From contig OX597815.1 in assembly GCA_951406725.2 (NCBI GenBank), positions 119,350,001-119,414,000 on the forward strand: a DNA stretch of 64,000 nt. The letters are read 5' to 3'. The DNA comes from Octopus vulgaris. Lineage: Eukaryota. Made by a program: the position numbers and the translations under genes. The notes beneath the pieces were generated by a model that was given only the letters and a program-made list of their open reading frames with translations, was not told the DNA's origin and did not search any database. Shown piece after piece: positions 36,951 through 52,342 of the stretch. Each line of letters starts with the position of its first letter. Position 1 is the first letter of the stretch.

Positions 36951-38145
36951 GTGTGTGTGTGTATGTATGTATACAATATCAAGAGAGAGTTATAAAGTTA
37001 TATAGTTATACATAACTATATCAATTCTTTATCTAGTTATACATGTTCATCATTGGAGTCTGGGAAGTGTATGACCTATTTTTCCTTCCTGTTTCAAACT
37101 AATTCACTTCACTTTTACTGCCGATGCCCTTGAGAAAACCTTCAGCTAAACAACATTACATTTTTCCTGCTCTGTAAATTTGAAGCATGGTTTCTGATCA
37201 AAAGAAATCATTATTTTAGCTGACATTTTGCAACTAATTAAACCATGAATATTCTACTAATAGCAGTCTCTCCAGGTATATTATGAAACTTTGGAATTTT
37301 ATGCAGTTGTTGATGTTCTTGCATTAACCAATAGGAAAGTAGTTTTCATGTTGTTTGATTAAATCAGTTATTTTAAAAAATAGAAAAATTTTTTTCCAAA
37401 ATTCAATTTGTATCCAATTTATTCTTGTACTACAAACTAATAAAACACTTGTTGATTCTAATGTCCTGCCAGAGCTACAGATATATACCCTCCTTTGCTG
37501 TGAGTTCTTGTCTTTCAGATGGTAGTTGTGGTAGTGGTGGTTGTGGTGGTGATCAGGGCGTGGGTGGCAAGATGTTGACACTAGTGACAGGATGCTGGTG
37601 ATTAATGGTGGCCATGGTGTTAGTGGCTATCTTGGTGATGGTGGTGACATTGGTGGTGATGGTGGTGATCTGGATAGTGGTGGTGGTGATAGTATGGTGC
37701 TGTCAGTGGTGGTGAGAGTCATGGTGGGAGTGGCAATGGTCTAGCAATGACAGTATTGGTGGTAGTGGTGGTGGTGGTAGTGGTGGTAGTAGTAGTAGCA
37801 ATCACAGTGGTGTTGATGGTCATGCTGAGGTAGAAGTGGTGTTGGTGATAGTGGAGGTGGTGATGATGGTGGTGGTTGTGGTGATGGCTGCAGTGGTAAC
37901 AGCAGTGGTGTTAGTGTTGAAGAAAAGGTTGATGTAGATCCACTTTCTAACAAGTTGGATCCTGTCGGCTGTCAAGTCATACTTAGTCTTATCCCATCCT
38001 AATTGTTATCAATTATGTGGCCTTAGTTCAGTTTCTTCCCCAGTTTTAACTGATGTCTGGTCCTTAGACATAGCAGCTTGTGTAGCCCTGCTAGTAGACA
38101 AACCTTACACCTGAGTCTTTCAAACCATACGAATGAGAATGTGCA

Positions 38146-38308
38146 GATGGATGGATGGATGGATGGATGGATAGATGGATGGATGGATGGATGGATGGAT
38201 GGATGAATGGATGGATGGATGGATGGATGGGTGGATGGATGGATGGATGAATGGATGAATGGATGGAGGAATGGATGGATGGATAGATGGATGGGTGGAT
38301 GGATGGTT
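38146..38308. repeat. (ATGG)n microsatellite
   Basis: Directly visible in the sequence. Confidence 0.95.
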
Positions 38309-39096
38309 GACCCTTTTTGATGATGAGGACTCACTTGGTCAATCATCTGAGTTATCTACTCCTGAATTAACATGCAAGTGGCTGAGAATTCGAAAGACAT
38401 GTATACCTGTAATATAATTCAAAGGAGAAATTGACATGAGAGAGTATGTGTAATGAGGTTTTATCTATGAATTACATTTACAATTGATCTGATAGGCTTC
38501 TATACAGTTTCCATTTACCCAGTTTAACTCATAAAGTACTGGTGGATCCAAAGCTATAGAAATTTATATTTTTCCCATATGCCATACAGTGGGATTGAAC
38601 CCATGGATCTGATGGTTTTGAAGTGAACTTTGTAACCAGTTGGCTATACTGTGTCTACAAGTGAATCTATGTCTTGATAAGTATCATAAGGTCAGTTATG
38701 AATTTTGGCCACAGTACAGTAATGATCTCTTATATTTAGTCTTTTCTCTTCTTGAAATTATCATAATCCCCAACATCATGTGTGGATAGATGGAGTGAGG
38801 AAAGCTTTGGTGGTCAGAGATGTTGGAGTGAGAGAAGCAAGAGAGTTTATAAATGATAAGAAAGCTTGGAGAGTGTTTGTGGATGGATGAGTGAAATTTG
38901 ATGTTGGTCAAAGGGGTGTGGAACCAGCATATGCTGTCAGGCCCCACTGCTGATATGGGGGGTTGCACTCTATGCCTTGACCCAAGAACAGAACGGGGCT
39001 TGCCTCTTTGAGTTGAGAAATGAATGGAATGCCTGGTGTGTGTCTTGTTGTGGCTATTCCCTCCCCCCCAAAATGGGGAATAGGCCTGGGTATATG

Positions 39097-39132
<36 letters not shown>

Positions 39133-40890
39133 TAATACCAACATTATTTCCAATCATTACTATCATTATCATCTTTCCAACATCATCATCATCATCATCA
39201 ATCATCACTGTCATCATTGTCATCATCGTCATCATCGTTTTAACATCCGCTTTTCTATGCTAGCATGAATTGCATAGAATACATTGAGGCAGATTTTCTA
39301 TGGATGGATGCCCTTCATGTTGCTAAGCCTCAACTGTCTCCCAGTACGGTAATATTTCCCTATAGTCAGACATGTTTCTTCAGAATATTGTAAATGAATA
39401 ACACTGCTTAAATGACAATGACACTCGTTTACAATTACCACAAAATGTCTAGACAAGGATACACAATCATGCATACACTCACACACACATGCATGCATAT
39501 GCACACACACACACACATGCACAGACACATGCACACACATACACATGCACACACATACACATGCACACACATACACACAATACAACACACACAGACACAC
39601 ACATATACCACATATACGTACACATATATATTGTGGTATGTGTGTGTGTGTGTGTGTTTACACTCGTACTCACACACAAACACACACGATGGGCTTCTTC
39701 CAGTTTCCATCTACTAAAACCACCCTCAAGGCTTGGGTTGGCTTAGAGCTATACTAGAAAACATTTTTCAAGGTGACATGTAGTGGGACTGAACCCACAA
39801 CCACGTGGTTGGAAAGCAAACTTCTGAATCATAGGACCTTGCACCAGATTCTTCATAAAAGAAAAGAAAAAAGAAGACAATCTGTCTTGAGTTTATAGGT
39901 ACATAAAGCCTGAGCTTGAATGGATTTCCAAGGTATTTAGGCTGAAAGTACAAGCTCCCTACTCTCTCCTTAAATTGGATGTTAGTCCATCACAGTTAAC
40001 CCCAAGATGTCACTGGTACTCATTTACTACTGATTAGATTAGAGCAACATATTGCCTAGTCCAAGAATTGAACTCATTACCTAATGATCAAAATCCCAAA
40101 ATCCTAAATACTTGGTCATGTACATTCTTCACTGAAAATATAAACCTATACAAAAAAAGTCATATTGACCCCTTCCGCAATAAAGCATTCTTGTTACCAA
40201 TGGAGATAATGCAGAAAGGATCCAGATGTTATTCTTCATTACTGTACCAAATGTTCCATGTTAAAAAGGAACATTTGTAAAAATTTCCATCTACAGAAAA
40301 ATGACTAAAATTTCTTTGTAAAAATTCCTTTTCTTTTTGTCTCCCTTCACTTTGTTATTTCATTGTCAAAAGCAATTACATTTAAACAGTTAAATGTGAC
40401 ATGCTATTAAAAGTATTCACAGCTTAAGAGAACATGAAAGTGTTATTCACGTTTGTGCTAAATATCTCACTAATATGATGGCATAAAAATTATTTGACGA
40501 ATTGTAAACCATACATTAAAACATATAGCTGCTTGTTTGGTGCAAATGAACATCAGAATACAAGGGAGCTGAGAGAAAAACTGGGAACAAGAGGGATGGT
40601 AAATGGTATGTAGTGTGCATGAGAGAAGACTGAACTGGTATGGACATGTAATGTATTTTAGAAGAAGTGGTGGCAAGCGAAGCAAGAGGAAGGATCCTGA
40701 AGGAGAGAAAGACTGAGAAAGACATGGAGAGAAGTGGCAAAAACAGATCTCAAGAGGCTAAACCCAATGAAGGAGACAACAAAGGACTGCAACAGCAACT
40801 GGATTTTGAGCTGGAGAAGCCCATAGAACTACTGCCTTTGCTCATGGCAAAGGGGTTCTCTCTCTCGTTCTCGCTCACTCTCGCTCTCTG

Positions 40891-40969
<79 letters not shown>

Positions 40970-40973
40970 TCCT

Positions 40974-41015
<42 letters not shown>

Positions 41016-41534
41016 CCAAAGAGAAGTGCGGCTTGTCTGATGTTTGGGTACAAAGTGTGACATTGTATGACAGTAAACCCATGCTTGCATTCAACCTATA
41101 CATTCAACCCATGCATGCTTGGAAAAGACAATCGTTCTAATTAACAAGAGAGAGCACAGAACTCTGCTGTCAACTGGGAAATAACCAACTCAGTGTATAG
41201 AAACAACGTAGGTAGGAATTCTGTTCTGTGGTACTCAATGCAAACAATGAATGTACAAGAGTTGCAGAGGGATCACAGACAGATTGGCTGTGAAGAAATA
41301 CTTCCTGTATAGCAATTCATAGGGGTTATTAGCAATGAAAGACCCCATGAAATTAAGTCTTTTAAATAAGTGCAGAGCTTTTTTTGTAGTTGATAACTGC
41401 TGTTAACCTCAGCAATGTAACCAGTAGGGAAGGTGACTGTTCATAAAATGCGGCAGTTAGTGTACGAATGGGGTGGAAAATATTCAGAGAACTATTACTT
41501 TTACTAGTAACAAAGGGATTTTCTCTTTTTATTT

Positions 41535-41710
41535 ATCTTTCCCTTTAAGAGGAGCACAGATTGTCTGATAGTTGTGTACAAAGTATGACATTGTATGGTA
41601 GTAAAACAAGGCATTGAATGTGAAGGATGTGCAAAAGCTGGAAAGAAATTTAGCAAACATGCTCTGCTGGATGTGTAATGTTAGTGGGCATGAACAATGA
41701 AGCACAATGA
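41535..41710 (+). pseudogene. Old RTE ORF remnant
   Basis: LYGSKT..ALNVKDVQKLERNLANMLCWMCNVSGHEQ aligns with LHGSETWAVTAEDMRKLARNEASMLRWMCNVSVHSR of the long copy. A similar remnant at ~40810-41080 is split by (CT)n. Confidence 0.65.
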
Positions 41711-42004
41711 AGCACAAATAAGACAAAATGGATAACTGGGTACCAGAATAATCAACCACAGTCATAGCCATTAGAGATATGTTATGCATATAGGGATGAT
41801 GATGATGATAACAATGGTGATGACGATGATAATGATGATGATGATGATGATGAGGAGGAGGAGGAGGAGGAGGAGGATGACGATGATGATGATGTTGATG
41901 ATGATGATATACATACACACTTACACACTTGTATATAAGTATATGTGTAGGTGTAAGTGTGTGTGTGTGTGTGTGTGTGTGTGAGGGTGCGTATGCATAT
42001 ATAT

Positions 42005-42251
42005 ATTCTTTTATTCTTTAATTCTTTTACTTGTTTCAGTCATTTGACTTCGGCCATGCTGGAGCACTGCCTTTTAGTCGAAGGAATCTACCCCTGGACT
42101 TATTCTTTGTAAGCCTGGTACTTATTCTACCAGTCTCTTTTGCTGAATCGCTAAGTTACAGGAATGTAAACACACCAACATCGGTTGTCAAGCGATGGTG
42201 GGGCACAAACATAGACACAAACACACAAATATATATACACACACACACACA

Positions 42252-42300
<49 letters not shown>

Positions 42301-42470
42301 CACACACACACGACGGACTTCTTTCAGTTCCCATCTACCAAATCCACTCACAAGGCTTTGGTCGGCCCAAGGCTATAGTAGAAGACACTTGCCCAAGGTT
42401 CCATGCAGTGGGACTGAAACCCAAACCATGTGGCTGGGAAGCAAGCTTCTTACCACACAGCCATGTCTGT
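42005..42470 (-). mobile_element. Full-length tRNA-derived SINE (dominant family)
   Basis: Same structure as 2098-2507. Confidence 0.9.
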
Positions 42471-43379
42471 GCATGTATATATAAATCAAAAAAGCAATTG
42501 TGCAACGAAAAGTTCTGCTTACAATATTGGTATAGCTATCTTAGAATTTTTTTTATTATTTCAATATTCAGTTGTATAATAGTTATACAGCTGTAAAAGA
42601 AAACAAATTCTTTGATTTCCAATTCATTAAATTCATCATATAAAAATGGAATAGCAACTTTAATAATTAATCCATACCAATATTTTTAGAAGCTGAAGTA
42701 AAGTCAGAGTTATTTTTGTGAAACTGACAACGCTGTTAAAGTACAGCTGACCAAAATAAGAAGGGGTCATATCTACAAACTAAGGAATCTACAGTGCATG
42801 TACCCTTACTATTTTGGGAATATGACATATAACTGCAAACAAAGACTATGAGGAATTCAGACTTCTATCACTGTGAAGGTCCTACTGTGTTAATTCAGAA
42901 TATTTTGTACATATTCTAACATGGTCAGCACCTGCAATACATTGTAATAAATAGTCAATTTATCTAGTGAGAGAAAGAAGGTGAGAGAGATGTGTCCCAA
43001 ATACTCAAATTCTTGCAATAGAGATAAATTTCAATATACTGTAATAGCTTCTGGTAGTGACAGCATCGTAAATAGAAGAAAAGTGGTTGGTTCACCTGAA
43101 GCTTTAAACAGCTGTAGTGTGGCATTTAGATTTTATTTTTGTCTCAAGAATGGTGTTGAAAGAAGCAGAAACAATTGTAAGAATACAAAATACCAACTAA
43201 TATTTCTTCAGGACCTCTTGTAGCCTGTCACATTACTTGCTGAAAATAGAGAATTACAGCTAGTAAATGCTTTAAATAGTTCTAAAGTTCTTAGATGTAG
43301 GGCAAACTAGTTTGACAAAAAAATATATATATATACATAAAAGTTCTTGTAAAGCTATGTGATAAAATTATCACACAAT

Positions 43380-43563
43380 CCATCGTCATTGTGGTCATCA
43401 TTATCATCACCATTACCATTATCATCACCATTACCATCATCATCATCATCGTCGTCGTCATCGTCATCATCATCATCATATCATTACCCTCATCATCACC
43501 CTCATCATCATCATCATCATCATCATCACCCTCATCATCATCATCACCCTCATCATCATCATT

Positions 43564-43612
<49 letters not shown>

Positions 43613-43627
43613 CCATCATCATCACCC

Positions 43628-43672
<45 letters not shown>

Positions 43673-43687
43673 CCCTCATCATTACCC

Positions 43688-43729
<42 letters not shown>

Positions 43730-43852
43730 CCCTCATCATCACCCTCATCATCATCATCATCATCATTATCATCATCGTCATCGTCGTCGTCATTGTTGTT
43801 GTCGTCGTCGTCATTGCCGTTGTTGTCGTTACCATCATCACCATCATCATTG
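43380..43852. repeat. Long (CAT)n tract with periodic CACCCT interruptions
   Basis: Directly visible. Source of the poly-H/S/M ORFs. Likely an expanded minus-strand RTE tail. Confidence 0.92.
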
Positions 43853-44422
43853 TCATATTAACATTTAACTTTCTATAGTTGCATGAGTCAGACGGAATTT
43901 TTTGAGGCAGATTTTCTGCAACCAAATGTGCTTTATGTTGTCAGCCATCACTTGTTTCCAAGTGAGGTGATATTTTCTCATGACCAGACAGGTCTTCATG
44001 GAAGATTAGAAGCAAATTACACTGATTGAATGATAGTAGCACTCATTTATAACTGCCACGTGATGAAAGCACAAGACAGCACACACGCACGCACATACAC
44101 ACACAGACACACACACACATACACATGCACACACAAGCGCACACATACACACACATGCACACACAAAATCATATTCTTTTTATATAGACCAGAGATTCAA
44201 TTTGTTTTGAGATTATCCAAGTACATAGTATTGATAAGCCATAATAATGGCAAAATATCAATATCTACCATTCTTGTTGATTCCAAGGTGAGTTGTCTCA
44301 CCTGGTCTCTGACATTCAGGTATTCTTTAATACTTGGCAAGCATAGGGAGCTTTCTCAGGAAGCTATTCTACAGCAAATTCGGTGTATAAACAAAACATG
44401 TATGCTGTTTATGTGCGATCGA

Positions 44423-45118
44423 TAATCATCATCATCATCATCATCATCGTTAAACATCCGTTCTCCATGCTGGCATGGGTTGGACGGTGTGACTGAGGTC
44501 TGGCAAGCCAGTAGGCTGCACCAGGCTCCAATCTGATCAGGCAAGATTTCTACAGCTTAATGCCCTTCCTAACGCCAACCACTCCGAGACTGTACTGGGT
44601 GCTTTTTATGTGCCACCAGCACGGGAGCCAGTCAGGCAGCACTGGCATCGAACACATTCATATGGTGCTTTTTATGTGCTGCTGACACAGGAGCCAGTGA
44701 GGGGGCACTGGCATTGACCATGTTTGGATGGTGTTTTTTACATGCCACCAAAACAGAGAACCAGTCAGGCAATACTGACATTGACCCACACTTGAAGGGT
44801 GCTTATCATGTGCTGCCAGCATGGGTGCCAGTCAGGTGGTGCTGGCATCAGCCACGACTACAATTTCACTTGATTCAACAGATCTTTCAAGCACTGCATG
44901 TCACCTGGTAATTGAAGGGTACTTTTAAATGGGCTGGTTATGTGACACTGGTATCGGCACATTTTACTTGCCGGATCTTCTCAATCACAGCATAACTCTA
45001 AAGGTCTCAGTCTCTTGTCATTACCTCTGTGAGGCACAATGTTTGTAGGTTGTGCTTCACCACCTCATCCCATGTCTTCCCGGGTCTACCTCTTCCACAG
45101 GTTCCCTCCACTGTTAAG
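44423..45118 (-). mobile_element. 5'-truncated older RTE copy (ORF end, 3' UTR and tail)
   Basis: Minus frame TVEGTCGRGRPGKTWDEVVKHNLQTLCLTEVMTRD, diverged 60-bp units, (GAT)n tail. Confidence 0.85.
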
Positions 45119-46429
45119 GGATAATGTTTACATATATTCGTCATCATCATGAGCATTATTATCATCAGTTAATGTCCACTTCCCATGTTGGCATGGTTGA
45201 CCATTTGACAGGATCTGGTGAATCACAGGGCTGTGCTGTGCTTCTGTGTCAGCTTTGGCATCGTTTCTACTGCTGGGTGCCCTTCATAACAATGAGCTTC
45301 TTTCAATATCTATCTATGAAATTCATTCACAAGGTTTTAGTCAACCCAAAACTATAGTAGAAGACATATGTCCATGGTGCTGTAGAGTGGAATTGAACCT
45401 GAAACCACATTTTTATAAAGTGAGCTTCTAAGATATGTCTCTCCTTCATCTATCTAATTGAGACTCTTAATAAAACTGAAAGTTTACAATCTACTTACCA
45501 TGATACTTTAATCATTTTTATTAATTGAGGTTTTAATTTGATGTAGACAACGCAAGATGTAAGAGACAAAATGGGGTTTGTAACAGGAAGAACACCAAGT
45601 GTAAAACAATGTTTCAGGAAACCTACTCAACCCATACCATCATAGAAAATCAAACTTCATAAAAATGAGATGGAGAAGGATGATGACAGTGGTAGTGGTG
45701 GTGATGAGGATGATGATGTTGACGTTAGTGGTGGTGATGTAGGGTGAATATGATGGTGGTGAGGGTGGTGGTATTGGTGAAGGTGATGATGAGGATGATG
45801 ATGGTCATCATCATTATCGTCATTGTTTAACATCCACCTTCCATGCTGGCATGGGTTGGACAGTTTGACAGGAGCCAACCAAGTAGAAGCATGTGTCTGG
45901 TTTTTATGGCTGAATGCCGTTCCTAACACCAACCACCCAGCAGAGTGGACTGAGTGCTTTTTACGTGGTACAAACACAGATGAAAATGCTTATATAATAA
46001 CTAGCCGGCCCCTTGCCATCAAAAATGACAGTTAATTGTAGTATTTTTTATGTAAATATGGATGGTAAATCAAATTAATACACTTGTCAATGTTATCTAG
46101 TAGTTGTCTTTTGAGATGTGACAGCAATCATCATTTGTTACTGAGAGAACACTGGTTCACACATACAGACATTCACATACTTCTCTGGTACATGCACACA
46201 CATACATACATACACTCACACAGAGTTGAAACGCTGTTTGATTTTTCTTTTCAGCATTGAATGTTCACCATCCCACTTCCCAGTGTGCCAGCCCTGGTCA
46301 AACTATCCAACCCATGCCAGCATGGACAATGGACATTAAATGATGATGATGATGATGATTTATGGGAAGGTATATTGAACTACTAATATGGAGACAATGT
46401 CCAGTTCTAGGTATTTTTTTATACAATCT

Positions 46430-47077
46430 ATATCTCTTTTTTTCCCTCTCTCCTTGTCTCTCCTTCACTCTCTCCTTATTCTCACTCTTTCCAACTTTTT
46501 CTGTCCCTCTCTCTATCACACTACTCTCTCTTTCTTTCTTTACCCCTCTCTATCTCTCTCCCCCTCCCTTATTCTTCTTTTCCATTTTTTCTATCCCTCC
46601 CTCAATATCTGTCTGTCTGTCTGTCTCTCCCTTCCTCTCTCTCTTTCTCTCTCCCTCTTTGTCTCCCTTAATCTCCTTTGTTCCCATTGTTTCTGTCTCT
46701 CCCTCCTTCTCTCACACACTTTCTTGCTGTCTGTCTCTCTGTCAATGTCTCAGTCTCTCTCTCTCTCCTTTCCTCTCCCTCTCTCTGACTGTCTCTCTAC
46801 CTCTCTGTTTCTCCCTTCTCTCCCCCTCTCTTCCTTCTCTCTACCTCTGTCCCACCTCTCTTTCCCCCTCTCCATCCCCACTCTCACTCTCTCTTTTTAT
46901 CTCCCTCCCTCCCTCCCTTCGTCCATCCATCCATCCCTCCCTTCCCCTCTCTCTTGCTCTCACTCTCTTGCTCTCTCTCATGCTCTCTCTCTTCCTGCCT
47001 CTTTTGCTCTCTCTCTCTTGCTCTCTCTCTCTCTCTCTCTCTTGCTTTCTTTTTTACTCTCTCTCTCTCTTACTCTC

Positions 47078-47145
<68 letters not shown>
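46430..47145. repeat. Polypyrimidine/(CT)n low-complexity tract
   Basis: About 700 bp almost entirely C/T, ending in pure (CT)n. Confidence 0.92.
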
Positions 47146-47147
<2 letters not shown>

Positions 47148-47430
47148 TCCCAATCTTCAGTATTTCACTTCCAATCAATGTTCTTCATATACAGAGACAC
47201 AATAAAGATAATATTATGTGAAGGAAAGACTAGCAGACGTTAGCAAATAAAAAAAAGAGCAAAAACAAAAGAAAAAGGGAAAAAAAGAAAATCATTAAAG
47301 AAAATATATGTATGTTCTCCTTGAGACTCATTGCTCGTCTGCTTCCGTTATGTTTGTCTCCCCTTCTTTACTTCTCTGTCTCCTCCATATCACCACCACC
47401 ATTACCACCATTGCTAACCCATTGTCGCTG

Positions 47431-47478
<48 letters not shown>

Positions 47479-47830
47479 GCATCATCATCATCATCTCTCT
47501 CATCATCATCATAATCATCACCGTCATCGTGATCGTCATCATCATCATCGTTGTTGTTGTCATCATTGTTGTTGTTATCATCATCATCATTGTCGTCATA
47601 GACATCATCATCATCATCAACTCACACAGCACATGACAATTTTTTCTCCCCCCCCCCCTGCCTCAACAGATGTCATTCATTTGCATTTTATGGCTATAAA
47701 TGTGTAACCATCTCTGCTGCCACACACTGGCTAATATATTTAATGTCCAGTCACTTTCTCAAGTCATGCTTAACCTTTCATGCAAATTAACATTGCACAT
47801 TCAATGGATCATAGTCAATTCATTTCTCTC

Positions 47831-47889
<59 letters not shown>

Positions 47890-47917
47890 CACACATATAT
47901 ATATATATATATAAAAC

Positions 47918-47949
<32 letters not shown>

Positions 47950-48193
47950 CATATATATATATAAATATATGCATATATATGCTTATATATATATATATGC
48001 ATAAAATGTATGAGTATGTGTGTCTGCTTGTGTCTCTTCTCTATATAAATACATATGGAAGTATATATATGTCCGTGATATGTGTATATACATACACACA
48101 TGCATACATACACACATACACATGCGCAACACTAATATATGTGTGTATGTGTGTGTGTGTATACATATATATATACATACTCACACATTTATA

Positions 48194-48241
<48 letters not shown>

Positions 48242-49455
48242 AAAGAGGAAGAGAGAGAGTGAGAGTAGTTTACATCATGATATGATATGTTTGATACTTG
48301 ATTATGTTATGAAAGAACTAAAGAATGGTATAATATTTAAATAAAATGATGGATCTCCATCAGATTCGACTATGAATATCCAGTTGTTTTACTAGGTAAA
48401 TTAACTGCTTATTGAATTAGCAACCAAGTGGCTGGGTATTCCACATGTACCCTTCATGTAATTCTCAGCTAGAATCAGCAGAACACAGAATGTAACAAAG
48501 CTAAACCTTTGGAATTACAGGTAAAATTTATGTCAGGCTTTCATACATTAAAAAAAAGAAAACTAAAGCTCCTTTCTGAGTCATATGGTTTGGTTTCTCA
48601 GCTTCTGTGGAATAAATGTTTTTCCCCACTGTATGGGATGCCAGTCTGTTGCAGGAATTCTTACTTTTGCAAGCTGAGTGGACTGAAATGATGTGAAATG
48701 AAGTGTTTTTGATTGAGAACATAATGCATTGCCCAGTCCAGGAATTGAAACCTGTCTTATAATCATGAATGCAATACTCTAACCACTAAGTCATGTGCCT
48801 CCATTTTCATACATTTTCTACCAACCCACTTTTCTTAAAGACTAGGACTGATTCAAGACTAGAGTAAAATATTCCTGACCAAGATACTATGCAGTGAGAT
48901 TGAACCTGGGACCTCACAATTACAAAATAAACTTCAGGCATATAGAGTAAGATTATATATTGTGTAGCAAATGTAAAAAGTGTAGGAATATTATTATGGA
49001 ACCTCTATATGTCTAATGCTTCTAGCGATCTTCACCTGGAAAGTTCCTTTCCAAAGCATAAGGAAAATTAAGGGATTTTTTTCATGGAAGACTAGCAGTT
49101 GTCCCTGCATCTAAGTCTGTCTTCTCCCTGTCACCAATCTTGTTCAAGAGGAAGTCAAGGGCTGATACAACTTGGCAGCATTTTTATTGCCAGCATTACC
49201 ATCAGAATACAAAGAGCCAATACAGACACTATAAGGCATCTGTTCTGTTAGAAAAGTGTCCAGTATTCTGTGAGCCTTGGCAGTCATTTTGATTGGTATA
49301 TATTTGTCAACATCCAGAAAGATGAAAAGCAATGTTGACCTCTTGAGTTTGAACTCAGATTACAGAGAACTGGAATAAAAACCACATATTCTATCTCATA
49401 CTTGAATAATTTTGCCAATTTAATGTTGATAGGAATAAGTATAAAAGCATAAGCA

Positions 49456-49847
49456 TGGCACAGGAGTGACTGTGTGGTAAGTAGCTTGCTTACCAACCAA
49501 ATGGTTCTGGGTTCAGTCCCTCTGTGTGGCAACTTGGGTAAGGATCTACTACTATAGCCTCGGGCCAACCAAAGCCTTGTGAGTGGATTTAGTAGATGGA
49601 AACTTAAAGAAGCCCATCATATATGTATGTATATATTTGTGTGTCTGTGCTTGTCTCCCCACGATCATTTGACAACGGATGCTGGTGTGTTTGCATCCCT
49701 GTAACTTAGCAGTTCAGCAAAAGAGACCAATAGAATAAGTACTAGGCATATAAAAAATAAGTCCTGGGGTAGATTTGTTCGACTAAAGTTGGTGCTTCAG
49801 CATGACCGCTGTGAGATGACTGAAACAAATAAAAGAGTAAAAGAGTA
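49456..49847 (+). mobile_element. Full-length tRNA-derived SINE (dominant family)
   Basis: Head through GTAAAAGA tail present. Confidence 0.9.
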
Positions 49848-50033
49848 AGTAAAAATATGTCCTCAGTTGAACAAGAGGGGTGAAACTCCAGTTTAGGTTG
49901 TCAGGAGTTTTGGGTAGTATGAAGTTAGCCATTAGCTACAGCTACGTCCAAATCAGCAATGGTTGAGAATGGTAATATTGTCAATGGCCCCAGTTGTAGA
50001 TCAAATAGTAGCTGATGTGTAGCTAAGGTATGC

Positions 50034-50238
50034 AAGGTGGCGAGCTGGCAGAAACGTTAGCATGCCTGGCGAAAAGCTTAGTGTTATTTCGTCTGCCGCT
50101 ACGTTCTGAGTTCAAATTCTGCTGAGGTTGACTTTGCCTTTCATCCTTTCGGGGTCAATATAATCGACTTAATCCGTTTGTCCGTCCTTGTTTGTCCTTT
50201 CTGTGTTTAGCCCCTTGTGGGTAGTAAAGGAATAGGTA
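50034..50238 (+). mobile_element. tRNA-derived SINE, second family
   Basis: GGTGGCGAGCTGGCAGAAACGTTAGCA...GAGTTCAAATTC...GACTTTGCCTTTCATCC. Confidence 0.8.
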
Positions 50239-50347
50239 TACAGAGCTTGGAAGAGGGCTGGTACCCACTGGATATGTGTTACATTGACCCAGCAGAGTGT
50301 GTATCATATAAACTTTTACTTTACTTGCTTATGACAATAACTCATTA

Positions 50348-51177
50348 AAGTTGTTCTCTGCACATTTTCAGTGTTCATTGCTCCTGAGCATCTGCCACAT
50401 ACAAAAACTATCTTCCCAGTTAGCCTTCCTTTGATATTGCTGCACTTCTTGTGTGTCCATAGCTTACATTGGGTACATCTTATAGTGTTTCTACCTACAC
50501 CTTTTCTACAGATCGAGCAGGGCCATCTACCTGAAGGGGTTTGTGGTTTATCTGCCTTTCTACTTACTAAGACTTTGGTTTTAGCTAGGTTGACTCTAAG
50601 GCCCTTCGATTCTAATCCTTGTTTCCACACCTGAAATTTCTCTAGTTCTGATAGTGACTCAGCAATTAGAGCAAGGTCGTTAGCATAGAAAAGCTCCCAG
50701 GGGCATCCTGTCTTGAATTCCTCTGTTATTGCCTGGAGGACTGTGATAAATAGGAGGGGGCTGAGAACTGAACCTTCATGGACCCCTACCTGTACCCGGA
50801 ATTCTTCACTGTACTCATTGCCAACCCTCACCTTACTGACAGCGTACCTGTACATGGCTCACACAGCTCTCACTAACCATACATCTATCCCTAGTTTCCT
50901 CATTGACCACCAGATAAGGGATCGGGGGACCCTGTCAAAAGCTTTCTCCATGTCAATGAAAGCCAGGTACAGAGGTTTATCTTTGGCTAGGTATTTCTCC
51001 TTCAGCTGTCTTACTAGAAATATAGCCACAGTAGTGCATTTCCCTGGCACAAACCCAAACTGCATCTCATCTAAACTGGCTCTCTCCCTAATTAGTTGGG
51101 CTATGACCCTTCTCATGACCATCATTACCTGATCCAACAACTTGATACCTCTGTAATTATTTGTATCTAGAGCATCA
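50348..51177 (-). pseudogene. RTE reverse-transcriptase fragment (same family as 25067-27856)
   Basis: DALDTNNYRGIKLL...FVCGRCSGA. In-frame stop at 50859-50861; YADD mutated to YAND. Confidence 0.93.
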
Positions 51178-52342
51178 TATATATATATATATGAAGCACA
51201 TATATATATATACATATACATACATATAAGATATATATATATATACATATACATATACACACACATACACACAGAAATATATTTATGTGTTAATATATGT
51301 GTATATGTCTGTGTGTTCGTGTGTGTGTATGTGAATATTTTATTTCTTTATGTTCAGTAAGATTTGCCACTAGTGATAGCAATAAAGAATATTTCTGTTA
51401 GTTTTCAGTAGTCTGTACCCCTATTTTTGATGATTGTGCGGTGTTACACTTATATTATATTCATTCATGTGAAATAAATGAAATGGAACATTTCCCATGA
51501 TAAATAAAGATTGGTTCACAGACTAAATTTGGCAAGATCTCACTGCTTCTCCATGGCATTTTCACAACATATATGGTGATATCTTTGGATATTCTCAACT
51601 TATATACTGATTTTGATAATTTCATATCACCTTACTGTATCTTTTATCTTTTGTTTGGTTCAAGAAAGTTAATTTCATTTGTTCATCGAATCTATCCTAC
51701 ATCTTTTGTTATTGTTGAAGTTATGTACAGCCCCTTATTGGTCTTGATTGAATAGTCCTTTGATCAAAAATATTTCAATATACATCTTTGTATATTTGGG
51801 ACAATATTGTCTAATGTATCTATTTGGGGTGGGGGTGACTGTAAGGTGAGATTGAGGAAAGTTTATCTACTGCAAGTTGGCTGATCATGCTGGGCATCTT
51901 TTATTAGCTTGTCTTAACTCTTTTAAGTGCCATGAGATAATTTTTTAATATCACTAGAGGACATATTTCTCTATATAATGGGGTCATTCTACATATTTCT
52001 TCATTTTTAGGATTACTTTATTTTCTCTTTTTTTATTGGAAATCACTCCCAAAAAGGTGGAAAGCTACCTGCAATAAAACAAATCACAGAGAATTGACAG
52101 TTTTCTGAGAGTTTGTTATAAGTTATGAAAGTTATGGAAAAAAACAGGTTTTAAGAGTAGCTACCTTAAAATTCCATAAAACAATCAAGACAAAATTTTA
52201 TAGAATTAGGATTATGTTCTCAAGGAGTCAAGAAGCTGGAAGACCATTCCATAAGATAAAAGTTCTAAGAATGAAGCTACCACAGGAGAAACTTTTCTAA
52301 CAAAAAGGGAGGGACAGCTGCAGTGAAAAGAAAAGAATTAGT

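Noticed and set aside
43359-43925. Poly-His/Ser/Met ORFs (also 47308-47707 and 41529-41984)
   Set aside because: Translations of (CAT)n microsatellites, open in several frames.
46362-47243. 293-aa and 277-aa Leu/Ser-rich ORFs
   Set aside because: Stop-free only because the tract is polypyrimidine; no domain signal.
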